Below, in pieces: positions 62,615 through 64,000 of a stretch of 64,000 nucleotides of DNA. The notes under the pieces are model-generated. The model searched no databases. It saw only the letters and a program-made list of their open reading frames with translations, and was not told the origin of the DNA. The stretch comes from Amoebidium appalachense (lineage: Eukaryota > Protista > Ichthyosporea), in contig CAVNZM010000004.1 of assembly GCA_963693365.1 (NCBI GenBank), forward strand, positions 11,312,468 to 11,376,467, in the 5' to 3' direction. Every line of letters starts with the position of its first letter. The stretch's first letter is position 1. Made by a program: the position numbers and the translations under genes.

Positions 62615-64000
62615 CTACCAGGAGTACGTCTTCTTGTTGCCTTCAGGCAGCCGTGGGGGGGAAGAAGTCTCCCACATTCTGCAACATTTTTTCCAAAAGA
62701 ACAGCGGCCCTCCGTGCGTTTCCAAGCTGTGCGATATGTGGTAGTCAGCACATGGCACTGTGGTAACTTAACTGCCCCTCCCCCCCCCCCCTCCCCCCCC
62801 CTCCCCCCTCCCCCCCCCCCCCCCCCCCCCCCCCCCAACGCCTGCCCGCCCCCGACCTGCCCCGCTCCTCCCCTCCCCTACCACCACCCACCCACCCACC
62901 ATATGCAAAACATCACACACAGGCACCTATGTACCACCTTTTCCTTCTTCATCAAACACAAACGTGCATGCACCCCCCTTCCCCACAGACTTTTCAACGT
63001 AATCAAGCATCCCTACAGAAAGTTGAAACATAATTACACAGTGCCTTATAAAAAGAGAGGTGGCCACATGCGAGTGTAGATGAATGTGTTTAACCAGCAG
63101 ATACATGAACTGAAAAGGATGGGCAGTGGTGGTGGTTGCACTGAGGAACACTCACCGCTTCGACCGGTGTCTCGTGCTCCGGCCGCATAAGGGTGGGGCC
63201 AAAAACAACGGCCAGGTTGCTGATGCCCATCTTGTTCTCCTCCTCGTTCTTGGTCACCCTTTATTAAAAAAAAAAAAAAAAAAAAAAAAAACCGTTAGTT
63301 GGAAACTCCATAACTATGCAGGGGCTAGTTCAGGGTGGATGAAGTTTGAAACCGAGGAAACGAGAAACTTTGAAAGAAGAGAGACAGAGGGGAAGGGAAA
63401 GCGAGAGAGGGGGAGGAGAGGGGGAAGAGGGGGGAAAAGGGGGGGAGGGGGGAGGGGAGGGGGGAGGGGAGGAAGAGAGGGAGAGATGGGGGGAAAGGGG
63501 GGAAGGGGGGAGGGGGGAGGGAGGGGCAGAAAAAGAGTGTGTGCGTGTGTGTGTATGTGCATTGATACGTACACAAAGAAGTACCTCAGGCTCACAAATG
63601 CAAATGCAGCCTTGCCTGCAAGCTTGTTCATTATCAGAATTATGACCATGTGTCTGATGCAAAAAAAACTCACAAGAACATGTCGAGGTTCACAATTTCG
63701 CTCTGCTTCTCCCCTTCAAAACTCTCTCTCACCCTTCCTGATTACCCCCTCCCCCGCTCTCCCTACACCTCTCATTATGTCTTGTGTGTACGTGTGTATA
63801 CATGTGCGCATGGGTGCGTACATCGGTGGGTCGGTCAGTGAGTGCATGCATGTAATGTGAACGCTTGTAGGACTGCCGGATTTGTATGAGCCTACCTGTC
63901 CAGGTGCAGCATGAGAGTGCGGATGGTGGCCAGGTGGCCTGGTGGCAGCTGGGCAAGAATCCGCTTCAGCCGGGGCAGCGTCTTTGCCAAAGTTGCCCCA
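62615..64000 (-). CDS. RhoGAP-domain protein, 3' end (gene continues beyond the window)
   Basis: Exons 63896->64000 (…LKRILAQLPPGHLATIRTLMLHLDR), 63156-63258 (VTKNEEENKMGISNLAVVFGPTLMRP…) and 62615-62726 (…LLEKMLQNVGDFFP…YSW*). NKM..NLAVVFGPTL is the RhoGAP C-terminal signature; GT-AG junctions are in phase. Confidence 0.93.

Overview
Intron-rich eukaryotic genomic DNA, probably a unicellular opisthokont (inferred from fungal-like CTRAY branch sites and gene content; species not determined). Nearly every intron carries poly-C/poly-G runs and (CA)n/(TG)n microsatellites, so most of the supplied ORF track is low-complexity noise. Exons stitched by hand give, in order: (1) the 3' two-thirds of a multidomain acetyl-CoA carboxylase (+, 35 exons, 457-20309); (2) a ~1,530-aa spliced gene (+, 23113-30998) encoding a DUF6729-like Zn region and a Mutator/ISL3-like D-D-(DxxH)-E transposase core, with an intact WRN/EXD2-type DEDDy 3'-5' exonuclease inserted inside that core; this is the most interesting object here; (3) an aldo-keto reductase (+); (4) tRNA-Ala(AGC) (-); (5) an intronless gene with a Cdc37-N-like 'IDYSKWD' motif (-); (6) a 638-bp fold-back MITE with AGGGCCC TIRs and a 6-bp TSD, followed by a related degenerate minisatellite; (7) a long minus-strand gene for a probable type II membrane protein with many receptor-L/Ecm33-like repeats; (8) the 3' end of a RhoGAP gene (-). 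All domain calls come from motif recognition by eye; no database search was run.
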